Positions 11,531-24,342 of a DNA stretch of 64,000 bases are shown one piece after another. The notes beneath the pieces were generated by a model. It was given only the letters and a program-made list of their open reading frames with translations. It searched no databases and was not told the DNA's origin. The stretch comes from Octopus vulgaris (taxonomy: Eukaryota). How positions within the stretch are numbered: the stretch's first letter is position 1; each line of letters opens with the position of its first letter. A program made the translations under genes and the position numbers. The stretch spans positions 10,230,001 through 10,294,000 of the forward strand of contig OX597835.1 in the NCBI GenBank assembly GCA_951406725.2, read 5' to 3'.

Positions 11531-12517
11531 ATGTCACAAAACAGAACTGATTCACTAAAAAAAGAATTTTCCATGGAGATTCTGGAGATGTTTAAAAACA
11601 TTAGAAGGACATTTGGTAAACGTTTGGATAAAGAAGGGGAATTTATACCTAAAGCAAAGGAAAAACTTATTATATCCTCGAAAACATTTTCCTCTAATTA
11701 CGATGTTCACGACGAGATTTTTAAGACTATGTATCGTTCCGTTTCCAATGACAAAGACAAAGCCGAAAATCTGATTTCAATTCTAAAGGAAACCGGCTAT
11801 TCTGACTTGGCTTGTCTCCTCAAGTCGTATTCTGTATTCAAACCTCATTTCCTTTTGTTAATCATCGACGAAAAACAGGACAAGAAGGAAGTTGATGAGT
11901 TAAGTAAACTTTTTGAGTCTATGAAATTTACTGTTGTTGTTAAAACAGTAAATGAATTGGAAAACGATATCAAAAATAAATGTGGTATCGACACAGATGG
12001 TATCTTTTTGCTATTCATTTTGTTTCAGATTGACCGAAAGGAAACCGAATTGTCCGTTGGCAAAATAATTGAACATTTCTGTCCTAAAAACACACCGAAA
12101 TTATTTCTTATTAATAGCGAAAGGGTTACTTCTGAATCTAAGAAAAATAATTCCTCGAACAACGACGATGCTAATAATAATCCAGGGAATACTTCGCAGA
12201 CAGGCAAGTCTTGTTCTACCCGTAGTGGAGAACAAACTGATGGTAGCACCAAGAAGGAGAATTCGGGAAAAAATAGTGGAGAAACAGAATGTTGTGAGAA
12301 AGATGATCTTTTTGTGGTTCGCATTTTTTACGAAGATAATAGCCAGAGTTTCGTTAAGTTTCTGGTTCAAGTTTTCCAAAACTACGCAAAAAACGAAGAA
12401 AACAAACAATTCTACCGTTTTGAACATATGTTGTGTGATATTAATCGCAACTTAAATCAAGGAATGGTTTCTGCTTGTTGGATACCAAAAAAACATTTAA
12501 TTTTTTATGAGCTTTAG
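11531..12517 (+). CDS. Intronless death-fold (CARD-like) plus inactive caspase-like protein (pseudocaspase), 328 aa
   Basis: Long non-repetitive ORF in AT-rich DNA. NLISILKETGYSDLACLL resembles the last helices of a CARD/death fold. LLLIID..EVDELSKLFESMKFTVVV, IFLLFILF and PKLFLINSER follow the caspase p20 pattern. DLFV..SFVKFLVQVFQNYA..MLCDINRNL..KKHLIF follows the p10 pattern. Confidence 0.75.
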   Translation: MSQNRTDSLKKEFSMEILEMFKNIRRTFGKRLDKEGEFIPKAKEKLIISSKTFSSNYDVHDEIFKTMYRSVSNDKDKAENLISILKETGYSDLACLLKSYSVFKPHFLLLIIDEKQDKKEVDELSKLFESMKFTVVVKTVNELENDIKNKCGIDTDGIFLLFILFQIDRKETELSVGKIIEHFCPKNTPKLFLINSERVTSESKKNNSSNNDDANNNPGNTSQTGKSCSTRSGEQTDGSTKKENSGKNSGETECCEKDDLFVVRIFYEDNSQSFVKFLVQVFQNYAKNEENKQFYRFEHMLCDINRNLNQGMVSACWIPKKHLIFYEL

Positions 12518-13057
12518 AAATGTTTAAACGATTGGAGAGGATATCTCGCGGTCAAACTAAACCCTTTGACCAGGTCATAAAAACAAAAAGGTATAATTGT
12601 AGTATTTAACCGATAAAAACAGATTCAATCCAGAGTGATGGATTGCCAGTGCTATTAAATGATTTTTTTTTTTTTTTATCATAGTATGGAAAGAATAAGA
12701 TGTATAATTTTTCTGTATCATTTCTTTTCCTTGTAATGGAAAATCCATCCCTAAATCAACTTTTGTCTTAAATCAGAAATTGAACCCCTCCTATTTAATT
12801 CGTCGTAACTATAATTTTACTTTGTACATTTAATTTGCCAAGTAAGTTTGTCTTGTAGAAAATGTTAATTTAAAGGTATATCGTGACTGGAGGCAATGAA
12901 CTTGTTTGAGCTCTGTTTGAAAATACCCCCCAAAAAAATAAAACAAAAAGGTGACGACGTGTAAAGTGTTACTACAATTATACCTTAATATATTTATATA
13001 TCAATTATAGGTACTACTAGCGAATTATATGTTTATTATATAATTATATATTTATTT

Positions 13058-13443
13058 GGCAATCTTTCGTCTCTAGTAGACCTTTCCGTCGATTTCCGTA
13101 AAAAAAATTTTTTTTTTTACATATGGGCTTGCGGGAACTTTTGAAGTAATGAGAGCGAAAGAGACTAAGAGAAAGCGATTGTATGACGAGGGAAGTTCTT
13201 TTGAAGTTACCGTGCATGGGAAGCATTGATGTACATGTGTGTTTGATGGGGTGTGGGAGACAGACAGTATGTTGTGTAAGTGAAGTGCTTCTGTTAGTAT
13301 GTGTGAAAGAAAGAGATAACTGAAATTTTTTACTCGGTGTATGTGTATGTATATTACTTCAAAAGTTCCCGCAAGCCCATATGTAAAAAAAAAAAAAATT
13401 TTACGGAAATCGACGGAAAGGCTACTAGAGACGAAAGATCGCC
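13058..13443. mobile_element. MITE with about 90-bp TIRs
   Basis: 13058-13150 and 13353-13443 are reverse complements. Confidence 0.85.
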
Positions 13444-14407
13444 ATTTATTTTTTTTGTAAGATTGAGAAAATCGAACTTGTTTGTAAAAAAAGAAACTGT
13501 ACTTGGGACATGAGTTTGCAACCCGGAAGTAAATTTCGTTCTCGCCACCAAATCTGCTTTTGGTTTTATGATGCAAACTGCCTGGGTGGATTTCTGAATT
13601 AAGCATTCTATAAAACCCCTCGACCGTTCCATTCGATCCCCTGACCCCAATGTTTGTTTTGTCTGTCCCTGTATCGTCCCCTCTTTTTCTTAACCTTATA
13701 TGGTGAATAAAGAAATTGTTTTTATTTTGGTGAATTTTCAGAAACTTTTTGCACATTTCTATTCTGCACGTGGGGAATGACATGACTGTAAAAAAAAAAA
13801 TTCGAATTTTGCTTTTTTTAAAAATTGCTCTTTGCTTGGGTCCTCTACAAGAAACTGCTTTGATCACCCTTCTTCTCATACTTTAACTCTTTATACCCTA
13901 TCATGAAGCTGACACCTCACTTATTCCAGGATTGGTAGTTCAGCCACAAGTTGTTGCTGTGTTTTTTTGGGGGTGTTTTTTCTGGATTTACTGAAAACGG
14001 CCCTTTATAGAGATTGCTATTTCATTTGCTTTACAATGACAAAAGTTTTCTACATCACATGTACAAAATAGTGTGAAATATAGACAAACAATAGCCAGTG
14101 AATGTTTTAATATGTCTAATGCTGATGACTCTCCCCAAATATAGCTATATATATATTCATACGAATGTAAAAAAAATTGCACATTTATATATAATATTTT
14201 TCGTATTATGAATTTGATAATGAATCAACAAATTTTGAAATTTTCTGATTCAGTGAGCAAAATCTTATACGGTGTAAAAAAATATTTTATATCAACTTGT
14301 ATCTTGTATTTAAATCTTGTTTGTTAATAAATTCTTATTTACTGAAAAATGGTTGTAGTTGCTGCTGTACTTGAAAATGTAACATCAATGTGGTAAGCTG
14401 AGAAGTT

Positions 14408-14637
14408 TAATCCTTTATAATGTTTAAACCAGCCATATCCAGCCAAAATATTCTACCTGTTTTATGTTCAAACTAGTCAGATATGGTCATTCATAGCTAC
14501 CTCATTGTGTCATTTTTGAAAATAAACAATCACATCATTGAAATCTCAAAGCCATGAAAATGATGCAAGATTAATTTTACATGGTGTAAATACATAAGCT
14601 TTACATTCGACACAATAATCTGAATGCTAAAGGGTTA
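14408..14637. mobile_element. piggyBac-like MITE (TTAA-CCCTT...AAGGG-TTA); related copies at 38727-38951, 44030-44257, 52834-53141 and 60418-60640
   Basis: Shared internal sequence and termini across copies. Confidence 0.6.
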
Positions 14638-14642
14638 GATAT

Positions 14643-14720
14643 ACTCACAAGCACACCTGCACAGGTGAGAAACCATATCACTGTGATATCTGTGGTAAAT
14701 CATACTCTCCCAAAATTAAC
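14643..14720 (+). pseudogene. Isolated C2H2 zinc-finger fragment
   Basis: Translates as THKHTCTGEKPYHCDICGKSYS, a canonical TGEKPY linker plus CxxC. No further fingers follow. Confidence 0.8.
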
Positions 14721-14914
14721 TTCCTATTTCATTGCATTGGGCAAATTAAAAAAAAAAAAAAAGTTGGCTGAAAAGCAGGGATCCAGCCGGAGGGAAGCAT
14801 AAAAGACCCTCATCTTCTGAGAGTCAAATGTAGGAGCTGATATATTATTGTGCCAATTCCCTGCAAATTTTAGCATCTCATTCAACCTCCTGCATCCCAT
14901 CACTTGTGAAAATG

Positions 14915-15383
14915 TATTTCTTTACTACCCACAAGGGGCTAAACATAGAGGGGACAAACAAGAACAGAAAAACGGATTAAGTCGATTATATCGACCCCAG
15001 TGCGTAACTGGTACTTATTTAATCGAAAAGGATGAAAAGCAAAGTCGACCTCGGCGGGATTTGAACTCAGAACGTAGCGGCAGACGAAATACCTATTTCT
15101 TTACTACCCACAAGGGGCTAAACATAGAGGGGACAAACAACTGGTACTTATTTAATCGACCCCGAAAGGATGAAAGGCAAAGTCGACCTCGGCGGGATTT
15201 GAACTCAGAACGTAGCAGCAGACGAAATACCTATTTCTTTACTACCCACAAGGGGCTAAACATAAAGGGGACAAACAAGGACAGACAAAGGGATTAAGTC
15301 GATTACATCAACCCCCGGTTGGAAACTGGTACTTTATTTATCGAACCCCGAAAGGATGAAAGGCAAAGTCGACCTCGACGGAA
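14915..15383 (-). mobile_element. Nin-domain SINE tandem multimer
   Basis: Same unit and junction as the 26327-27995 array. Confidence 0.8.
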
Positions 15384-16880
15384 TGGTCGACAATGGCCCC
15401 AATGTACAGGCTGTCCCAGAATTAACTATTTATTTCAGTTAAATTGGACGATTGAGGGTCTTTCATGCTTCTCTCCAACTGGATCCCTGCCTTTTCAGCC
15501 ATTATTAATTAATTAGGATACCAGAACAAATAGATTTAGGAATGTCGATCTGTTACTGAAATTTTTCATCACGTACTCTCTCTATATATAACTGCAAATT
15601 TCAAATCTATCCTTAGTAGAAACACAATATCAAGACACTTTGTAGTAGAAGACACTTTGCCCAAGGTGCAATGCTAACAGAATGCATTCTTGAAGTTCAG
15701 CTAAACTATTGCTCCATTCTGTGGCTGGAGGAAGAGAAAATGATTTCAGCCAAATTGACAAAAACAGCTGAGTGGAAATAACGTACATTGTCATGGTAGC
15801 AATGAAATATCACTCAGAGTTACTTCCCTTAGAAATAAAAATATTTCCTTCCAACCCGTTTGGAGGTCGTTCTTGTTCTTCTTCGACCAGATCACTTCTA
15901 TAATAATAAAAATGAGATTTTTGTATACAGTGCTCAGGTGCACCACAACTTGTCAGAAAGTGCATATAAAGTACATGCAGTAATATAGAAATGTCTGGAA
16001 AGCGAACAATGTATGAGTCAGATACATGCTTGTGTGTGTATGGAGGGGAGAAAATCAAAGTGTAGTATTGGCGAATCTCAGGAAGCATGGAAGTGTTCTG
16101 TTAGAACATTTTTCCACTTCTCTGATATTGCCTTTGGGGTTTTGGTCCCTTTTTTTTCTCCTCTAGAGTTGTTACATTCACTCGTAAGCAGATTTGCCCA
16201 CAAAACCTCCAGCTTCAACTTTAACGATGAGAACCTTGACCCGGAAGTTCGCTTCCCTCAGACTGGCTTTTTTTCTCCGTCTTGAACACGTCTGCTTCTT
16301 CAATTCTACTTTCAAACGGGTGTTTTGTTGATCCTGTCACCTGTACCACCCAAAAAACTTCCTTCCCGCGACCCCTATGGCATAGCTGTTCCTATTTCAT
16401 TATGTCAACGATGATGATGATAATGTGTGTGTGTGTATGGCACACTTTTTAGCTTGTCTACCAAATCCACTCACGAGGCTTTGGTTGGCCCTAGGCTATA
16501 GTAGAAGACACTTTGCCCAAGGTGCCATGCAGTGGGACTGAACTCAAAACCACATGGTTGGGAATCTTAGTAAATTCAATATTTGTTTATTGTATTAACC
16601 AAGGTGACTCCCTCCACCCACATCCCAGTTCAAAAAATGAGTAATCTGGAAAGAGTTGCCAACTAAAGGTTCTCAAAAGTAAATTTAATTCTATTGAAAA
16701 ACAAAAGCAACTCTATTATCTTAGTGAAAACACTTGTTCAATGAAAATCTGTTGCTGGTTCAAATGAGCCAGGATTTTCTAAGAATAGAAATTCCATTCA
16801 TATGAATCTTCTTTACTTCCTCTCTCTCTCTCTCTCTCTTTGTTTTTTCTTAGTCCCTTGCTGCAACCTATTTTGATAAT

Positions 16881-17012
16881 ATAAGGTTGTCCCAAAAGTT
16901 CGTAGAAAGTCTTGGAAAATAATGGTCTTTATTTTGAGGAATAATTTTTGTTGTTTTTGTTAGTAGAAATTCAATTTTCGCAAGTGTTTACGAACTTTTG
17001 GGACAACCTAAT
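16881..17012. mobile_element. Small Tc1/mariner-type MITE (second copy at 44310-44453)
   Basis: TIR aggttgtcccaaaagttcgta / tacgaacttttgggacaacct, TA-flanked. Confidence 0.7.
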
Positions 17013-17056
17013 ATATTGTTAGTTTTTGTTTTAAAAAATTAGCATTTTTTAATCTT

Positions 17057-17722
17057 ACAACGCGAGATATTCAGCAACAGTACTTTGGAGTAAAGATTGT
17101 TTGCCAACATAACACAGGATTTAGGACGAATGTTGCTGTAATTTAGCCCCAGGAGATATCATCTTCAGCTGGCTATATGACACGATCTGTGTCCTTATAT
17201 TTTTGAATAAGAGAATCCAACACCCTAACTCAGCTCAAAACAATGTGTATCGTGATTTCCGGGTTATTTCCCTTCATCAGCTGGAGACAATGTCTCCTGG
17301 GGCTAAATTACAGCAACATTCATCCTAAACTAGGATTGCCATGTTATGTTGGCAAACAATCTTTACTACAAAGTATTGTTGCTGAATATCTCGCGTTGTC
17401 ATGTTTAAAAATAGTAGTTTTTTAATTTATAGATCAGTGACTAGTTGTCACTTTGAAAACTATATATTTCAAATGGGAATTTGGCAGCGCCACCTCTAGC
17501 CAAACAGTTATTCTGTGCTGATGAAGGGAAATAACCCGGAAATCACGATACACAGATATTGTTTTGAGCTGAGTGGGGGTGCTAGATTCCCTTGTTCGAA
17601 AATATAAGGACACAGATCGTGTCGTATAGCCAGCTGGAGACGATGTCTCCTGGGGCTAAATTACAGCAACATTCGTCCTAAACCAGGACTGCAATGTTAT
17701 GTTGGCAAACAATCTTTACTAC
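17057..17722. mobile_element. Penelope-like element with inverted repeats and hammerhead motifs
   Basis: 17086-17281 is inverted relative to 17518-17720. Hammerhead cores occur on both strands. Confidence 0.65.
17512..17556 (+). ncRNA. Minimal type I hammerhead ribozyme
   Basis: tctgtg-CTGATGA-aggg-aaataa-cccg-GAAA-tcacga-TA-cacaga. Confidence 0.75.
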
Positions 17723-18298
17723 AGTTTTTTTTTTTTTTTTTTTAATCAGCTGGTTATTTCTATCCTGTACAAGTACTTAACATGCCCAGGGCAAGTGTAA
17801 TCTTTGGCCAGAAGTCTCTTGGAATCATTATCACCGACTCGGTGGACAAGGAAAAAGGACAAGGAATTAGGTGGTTCTTCACTTATAGGAAAGAATTATT
17901 TTGTGCAAATTTTTTTGCCCCAACCCTGTGCCTTTTCCAGTCAGTTTTCAGTCTGTACAACCTTGTGTGCTCTTCGTGATGGAGTGGATGCTGGTAGTAG
18001 AGCTAGAGTTTTTCAGTTGTAGATTTGAGTGAAGTAAGAAGAAGAACAAGTTATGAGGGTGGGCTGAAATGTGAACAGACTGACTATGAAGGAGTGATGC
18101 TAGAGCTGTGAAGTCTGGCTTGTATTTATTTCAGATCTCCATATTAATAACTGCATCGTTTCTTTCCAGCTAAACTGAAAATCTCACTGTTCAAAGAAGA
18201 CCTCGAAAGAACTCGTGTCAACTTGTCTTTAAAATCAACAAAGTTTGGCATCGTGGTGTTACTAAATACCTGCAGAAAAATGGTTTAGCCCCATAAGG

Positions 18299-18483
18299 CA
18301 GTGGTTTTCAACCAGGGTTCCGCGGAACCTTAAGGTTCCGCCAGCACAGTCTAGGGGTTTCGCAAGAAGTTACAAAACTGCTAAAATCGGCAGTAATTTT
18401 TAATTCTCCTGTGCAGATACGTCCTCGAGCCAGTGGAATGTTTCCTTGGGGTTCCGCTCCAGCAAAAAGTTTCAAAAGCACTG
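18299..18483. mobile_element. hAT-type MITE with 8-bp TSD
   Basis: cagtg...cactg termini and TSD ccataagg at 18291-18298 and 18484-18491. Confidence 0.8.
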
Positions 18484-18491
18484 CCATAAGG

Positions 18492-20238
18492 ACATTCAAG
18501 CTGATATGGTTGCTACATTAGGGGATGACCATTTCAGCTTTATCAATAGTGCAAATGTGGACAGCTGAATTTTGGAGGATCAGAATCGAAATCGATCAAT
18601 GGAAATTGCAGATTTGTTACCAGTGCCGGTGGCATGTAAGAGAACCTTCCGTTTCGCGACCGTTGCCAGCACCGCCCCGACTGGCCTTGTGCCGATGGCA
18701 CGTAAAAAGCACCATCCGTTCGTGTCCGTTGCCAGCCTCGCCTGGCCCTCGTGCCGGTGGCACATAAAAAGCACCATCCGTTCGTGGCCGTTTGCCAGCT
18801 CTGTCTGGCACCTGTGCGGGTGGCACGTAAAAAGCACCTAATACACTCACGGAGTGGTTGGCGTTAGGAAGGGCATCCAGCCGTAGAAACACTGCCAGAT
18901 TTGACTGGGCCTGATGCAGCCTTCTGGCTTCACAGACCCCAGTTGAACCGTCCAACCCATGCTAGCATGGAAAACGGATGCTAAACGATGATGATGATGA
19001 AAGGAGAATTTTGAAGATGACTCAACGTCTGGAGGTCCTGCAACTGCCATGATTGTGTTTACCACGTGTTAATGGATGGCAGATGATTGACTACAAATCA
19101 ATTAGTCTATGCTATTAGCATCTCCTGTAAAAGAATTGAGAATATTCTTCACAATTGGAAGCAATCCATCGGTTACGGCGATGAGGGTTCTGGTTGATCC
19201 GAATCAATGGAACAGCCTGCTCATGAAATTAACGTGTAAGTGGCTGAGCACTCCACAGACGTGCATCCTTAACGTAGTTCTCGGGGATATTCAGCGTGAC
19301 ACAGAGAGTGACAAGGCCGGCCCTTTGAAATACAGGTACAACAGAAACAGGAAGTAAGAGTGAGAGAAAGTTGTGGTGAAAGAGTACAGCAGGGATCACC
19401 ACCATCCCCTGCCGGAGCCTCGTGGAGCTTTTAGGTGTTTTCACTCAATAAACACTCACAACGCCTGGTCTGGGAATCGAAACCGCAATCCTATGACCGC
19501 GAGTCCGCTGCCCTAACCACTGGGCCATTGCGCCTCCATTCTTCACAATAAAGTTGGCATGATGAAGGTTTCTGCTCAATAGATGCCACATTTTCTGACA
19601 CCTGATCAAAGGTACACCAGGTTGATCACACCATGGGAAAACCTGACATTTTTTTCAGGCAGATCCAGCTGGTATCCTTACCCTGGATGAGTGTTGGATT
19701 CATCACTTTGAGCCAGAGACAATCCATGCAGTGGAAACACCCCTCCTCACCTGCTCCAAAGAAGTCAAAGGTCATTTCATCTGCAGGGACGTTGATGGTC
19801 TCAGTTTTTGGGGATGCAAAAGGCATTACACTCTCAATGGACAGTACTGTGTCAACTTGCTGAGACAGTTACAAAAGACTATCAACACCAAACAACCAGA
19901 TAAACTGGTTGCTCTGGTTGTGTGACTGGCTCTAAACTGGTTGATCATCGTCCCCATTGTCCTGATTTGGCTCCATCTGACCATCATTTGCTCCCCAACA
20001 TGGACAAAACACTTGACTGGGAACCAGTATCACAATGAAGATGATGACCTCCTATCTGCTGTTGATGACCTTTTTTTCGACCAATGCAAAGCTTCTTCAC
20101 CAATAAGATCCAAGCAGTGCAACACCAATGGAAGAAGTGTGTGGACCGCAAGGGAGACAGTGCTGAATCATAAAACCACATTTGGCCACTTTCCATGAGT
20201 ATCTTGGTCAGCCTATGAACTTTCAGCCAACCTCATAT
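18492..20238 (+). mobile_element. Degraded mariner transposase, interrupted by SINEs at 18620-19000 and 19165-19538
   Basis: DECWIHHFEP, QSMQWKHPSSPAPKK, SAGTLMVSVF and PDLAPSD motifs. TIR-like end at about 20210-20238. Confidence 0.85.
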
Positions 20239-20250
20239 TAGTTGTTCACA

Positions 20251-20641
20251 TTTACTCTTTTACGTGTTTCAGTCATTTGACTGCGGCCATGCTGGAGCAC
20301 CGCCTTTAATCGAGCAACTCGACCCCAGGACTTATTCTTTTGTAAGTCCAGTACTTATTCTATCGGTCTCTTTTGCCGAACCGCTAAGTGACGGGGACGT
20401 AAACACACCAGCATCGGTTGTCAAGCAATGCTAGGGGAACAAACACAGACACACAAACACACACATATTCATATATATGACAGGCTTCTTTCAGTTTCCA
20501 TCTACCAAATCCACTCACAAGGCATTGGTCGGCCCGGGGCTATAGCAGAAAACACTTGCCTAAGATGCCACGTAGTGGGACTGAACCCGGAACCATGTGG
20601 TTGGTAAACAAGCTACTTACCACACAGCCACTCCTGCGCCT
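20251..20641 (-). mobile_element. Cephalopod SINE
   Basis: Identity to the other copies. Confidence 0.85.
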
Positions 20642-21437
20642 AAAACTTAGGAATTTCTACATGAAAAACCTACTTAAATAACACATCTTGGTCTAGGATT
20701 AATGCCTGCATTCTCTTCTTATTGATCCTCCCATGCTCTGCTTGAATTATCTGTTGTGTAACATACCAAGTACTCATTTCTTAATCTTTAATCTAATCCT
20801 TAATCATTGCACTGACTTTAATTTTGTTTGTCTTGCCGTTGTTATGAAAAGAAACCCAAAAAAATCACCAAAGATACCCTGCAAAGTGGTCGGCTTTAGA
20901 AAGGGTATCCACCCACAGAAACCATGCCAAAATGGATACTGGAACTTGATGCAGTTGTCTGGGACATTGAATTCTGTCAAACTGACCAACCAAGTTAGCA
21001 TGAAAGGCAAACATCATGTTGATGAAATACACATTTACACACACACACACATTTATTCATGCATAATCATACACATACATGCACACACACACACACACAC
21101 ACACGTATACTCATATATATTATGTGAAAGTGTGCATATGCGTGTGTATATATGAGGTGGTATCAAAAAGTCCCAGACTAGCCAAGCTTATATTTAAGAA
21201 ATGAGGAATTATTTACATTTGACGGATATTTGTCCTCATCTTTGTTGTTAACACATTTCGATTGATATAGCTTCCAGCCTTCATCAGGTGTCTTGGGGAA
21301 ATTTCAAACCTGGGTTCTCATTCCTAAGGTATTTTACGATGCGGGTCACTGCCTGGAATCAAACTCGGAATCTTGGGGTTAGTAAGTAGCCTGCACTCTT
21401 AACCACTACACTATATGCCTGTGACCTGAATAATAAC

Positions 21438-21468
<31 letters not shown>

Positions 21469-21514
21469 TCGAAAAATACCTTAGGAATGAGAACCCAGGT
21501 TCGAAATTCCCAAA

Positions 21515-21560
21515 GACACCTGATGAAGGCTGGAGGGTATATCAGCCGAAACGTTGTGTT
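21515..21560 (+). ncRNA. Type I hammerhead motif within a Penelope-like inverted repeat (21200-21615)
   Basis: gacac-CTGATGA-aggctg...cagcc-GAAA-cg-TT-gtgtt. A degenerate inverted copy lies at 21250-21292. Confidence 0.65.
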
Positions 21561-22376
21561 AATAACAAACAAGATGAGGACAAATATCTATCAAATACAA
21601 ATAATGTAAATATGTTTAATAAAAAAAAAAATAACATCATCTCCTTCGAAATAGTCCCCTTGCACAGCAATACACCAGTGCTGGCATTCCTGCCACTTTT
21701 GATATCCAGCCTGGAAGCTGTTTTTCGTAAGCGACTCCAGGACCTTTTGCGATTTTCTCTGGATCCTTACAATGGCATTAAAATGGCAACCTTTGAGCTG
21801 GATTTTCCTCTTGGGGAAGAGATGGAAGTCTGCAGGTGCTAAATCTAGTGAATAGGACAGGTGGAGAAGTGGTACCATAAGAAACGCAGGAGTGAGGAGA
21901 GCTGAGTGATGGTGCTTCGTCGAGAAGAATCCGATTCTTCATGTTCCACAGATCTGGTCACTTTCACTGAAAATCCGCCTTCAAATGCTCCAAAATATCA
22001 CAGTAGGACTCTCGATTGACAGTCTAGCCCTGGAGGGGATGAATTCTCAATGCACAATGTCAAAAAAAAAACGATGAGCATGCTCTTGGTTGAGCTGCGG
22101 CTCTGCCGTGCCTTCTTTAATTCATGGAGATGATGTCCGTCTTCCATTGTGATGACTGCTGCTTTTGTCTCAGGGGTCGCACCCATAGACCCAACTCTTG
22201 TCACTGGTGATGATCCTTGACATGAAGGCCGGGTCGTCAACAGAGGGCTTGACAGACTTCAACACGATATTCTTTCCGCTCAGTGGTCAGCAGCTGGGGA
22301 ACAAATTTGGTAGAGACACACCACATGTTCGATTCAGATGCTAGATTTGCCTACACGGACCCATACAACGGACCAG

Positions 22377-22748
22377 TGGAGGCGCAATGGCCCAGTGGTT
22401 AGGGTAGCAGACTCGCGGTTTCGATTCCCAGACCGGGCGTTGTGAGTGTTTATTGAGCAAAAACACCTAAAAAGCTCCACGAGGCTCCGGCAGGGGATGG
22501 TGGTGATCCCTGCTGTACTCTTTCACCACAACTTTCTCTCACTCTTATTTCCTGTTTCTGTTGTACCTGTATTTCAAAGGGCCGGCCTTGTCACTCTCCG
22601 TGTCACGATGAATATCCCCGAGAACTACGTTAAGGGCACATGTGTCTGTGGAGTGCCCAGCCACTTCCACGTTAATTTCACGAGCAGGCTGTTCCGTTGA
22701 TTCGGATCAACCGGAACCCTCATCGTCGTAACCGACAGAGTGCTTCCA
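22377..22748 (+). mobile_element. tRNA-derived SINE family 2 (copies at 19165-19538, 40118-40500, 51732-52110, 56168-56540)
   Basis: Head tggaggcgcaatggcccagtggttagg...ggtttcgattccc with A/B boxes. Multiple near-identical copies. Confidence 0.85.
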
Positions 22749-23109
22749 ATCCAACAACAGACCAACATCATTGGTTGTCCTCCAACACTCCCTCGTGCAC
22801 AACCTGATCAATTTTCTCCCCATTTCTGGGGTTGACATTCGTGGCAGATCTTCCAGATCGCTCATCCCTATTCCAGGGACATTCTCCTCCTGTTGAAGAA
22901 GCGCCCGTGCAACTTGAAACATTGCATACAATTTCATTGCTTCGTTGCCGTAAGCTTGCCAAAGCATGCTCAATGTCCCTGTAGCAGACTTTCCAAGTTC
23001 AACACAAAATTTCATGTCGGCTCTTTGTTCCTGCATCCTTCTCGTGACAAAAACTGCAGACTACAGCATACACACGTGATCACAAAAAACACAAATAATA
23101 ATAATAATA

Positions 23110-23480
23110 AACATTGTGTACAGTGCTCAGGTGCACTACAACTCATCTAAAGTGCATATATAATCAGGTGTAGTTTCGACGGATTTCAGAAAGCATGAGG
23201 GCCTTAAAGGATGCAGTGTCATGGCAGTCAACAACTGATGCAGGCAGTTTATTCCATGCTTCAGCAACTCTGAGCGTGAAGAAATGTTTCCGAAAGTCAT
23301 GGGAGCTGTGTTGTTTTCTGACTTTGTAGGCATGTCCACGTGTGTTAGACACATGGAGATCAAAAAGGTGTTCAGTGTTGTTGTTGGTGAGGTGGTTGAC
23401 AACTTTGTGGGCGTTTACCAAGTCCATCGCCAGACGCCGGGGCTTCAGTGAATCCATGCCCAGGGAAACAAGGCGCTCAC
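23110..23480 (-). mobile_element. CR1 LINE 3' end (related fragment at 15905-16100)
   Basis: NTRGHAYKV...FRKHFFTLRVAEAWNKLP. Confidence 0.85.
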
Positions 23481-23654
23481 AACTTGCAAAGTAACCACAG
23501 TGATGTCACTCAGAACACTGCCTCAGGAAGGTCACTGCTAGCTCCCACTGTGCATGCAGTCATGTGCTGCCATCTGTTGGTGCACTTCAGGACTAGTCCG
23601 GTAACTTTTTGATACTAGCTTGGTATGTGTATATATATATATATATATATACAT

Positions 23655-23689
<35 letters not shown>

Positions 23690-23760
23690 CACATATATAT
23701 ATATATAAATAAATGAAAGAATGGAGTTGAACGACGAATTAACAAAATTCCTTTATTTTA

Positions 23761-23843
23761 TTCTCGACATATGTTTCGAAGGCTGCATATTCCTAATTTC
23801 GAAGGAATAAGGGGTGCATTATGCCGCCTTCTCATCAGGAAAA
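23761..23843 (-). ncRNA. Type I hammerhead ribozyme with extended stem II, in Penelope-like element 23705-24305
   Basis: Minus strand: ttttc-CTGATGA-gaaggc...gccttc-GAAA-catatg-TC-gagaa, giving a GUC cleavage site. Confidence 0.75.
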
Positions 23844-24301
23844 ACAAGGAACTTATGTCAGCATCAAGATGAACAAAAACTTTTAGATGACTGCCCACAC
23901 GGAGCTCATAGTGATAATGAGTGTTTCTTTAAAATATTCCGTTATAAGTAGTGACGTCAAAAATGGTTGAATGTAGAAGATCCTAGAAGGTTCAAGGGTT
24001 CAAACAAGGTTGGAGGAGAGGGACCTAAGAATAGGAAGGTGACAGGGTGCAGGTCAAATGAATGGTGATTTTGTTGTTTTCTTTTGTGAATGAGTGCCTA
24101 TGTGTGTGTGTATGTATGTCGTTCAACTCCATTCTTTCATTTATTTGTAATTAAAAAAAACACACAAATTTCCACACGATAGCACGTGATCTCTGCCCTA
24201 GGCATGTAGCTTCAACCGTGTTTTTCTGACGTGAATTTGCTACCCAGGTATCGGTTAACCGAATTATCCATAATAAGATAATTCATTCAACTACTCAATT
24301 A

Positions 24302-24342
<41 letters not shown>

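Larger units (their letters stand above)
21152..23620 (-). mobile_element. Degraded mariner element with nested Penelope-like element, SINE and CR1 fragment
   Basis: EQRADMKFCVELGKSAT, TGDKSWVY and SYSLDLAPADFHLFPK motifs. TIR-like ends at 21152 and about 23595-23620. Confidence 0.8.

Noticed and set aside
13073-13879. 268-aa minus-strand ORF and a possible C/D snoRNA near 13568-13596
   Set aside because: The ORF runs through a MITE and a LINE/SINE-like tail. The C/D boxes are imperfect and too close together.
18144-18269. Acceptor followed by VFSNTTMPNF…KKRCSY* on the minus strand
   Set aside because: Only a 4-residue resemblance to the SCAMP C-terminus, 13 kb beyond the stop codon, with no other support.
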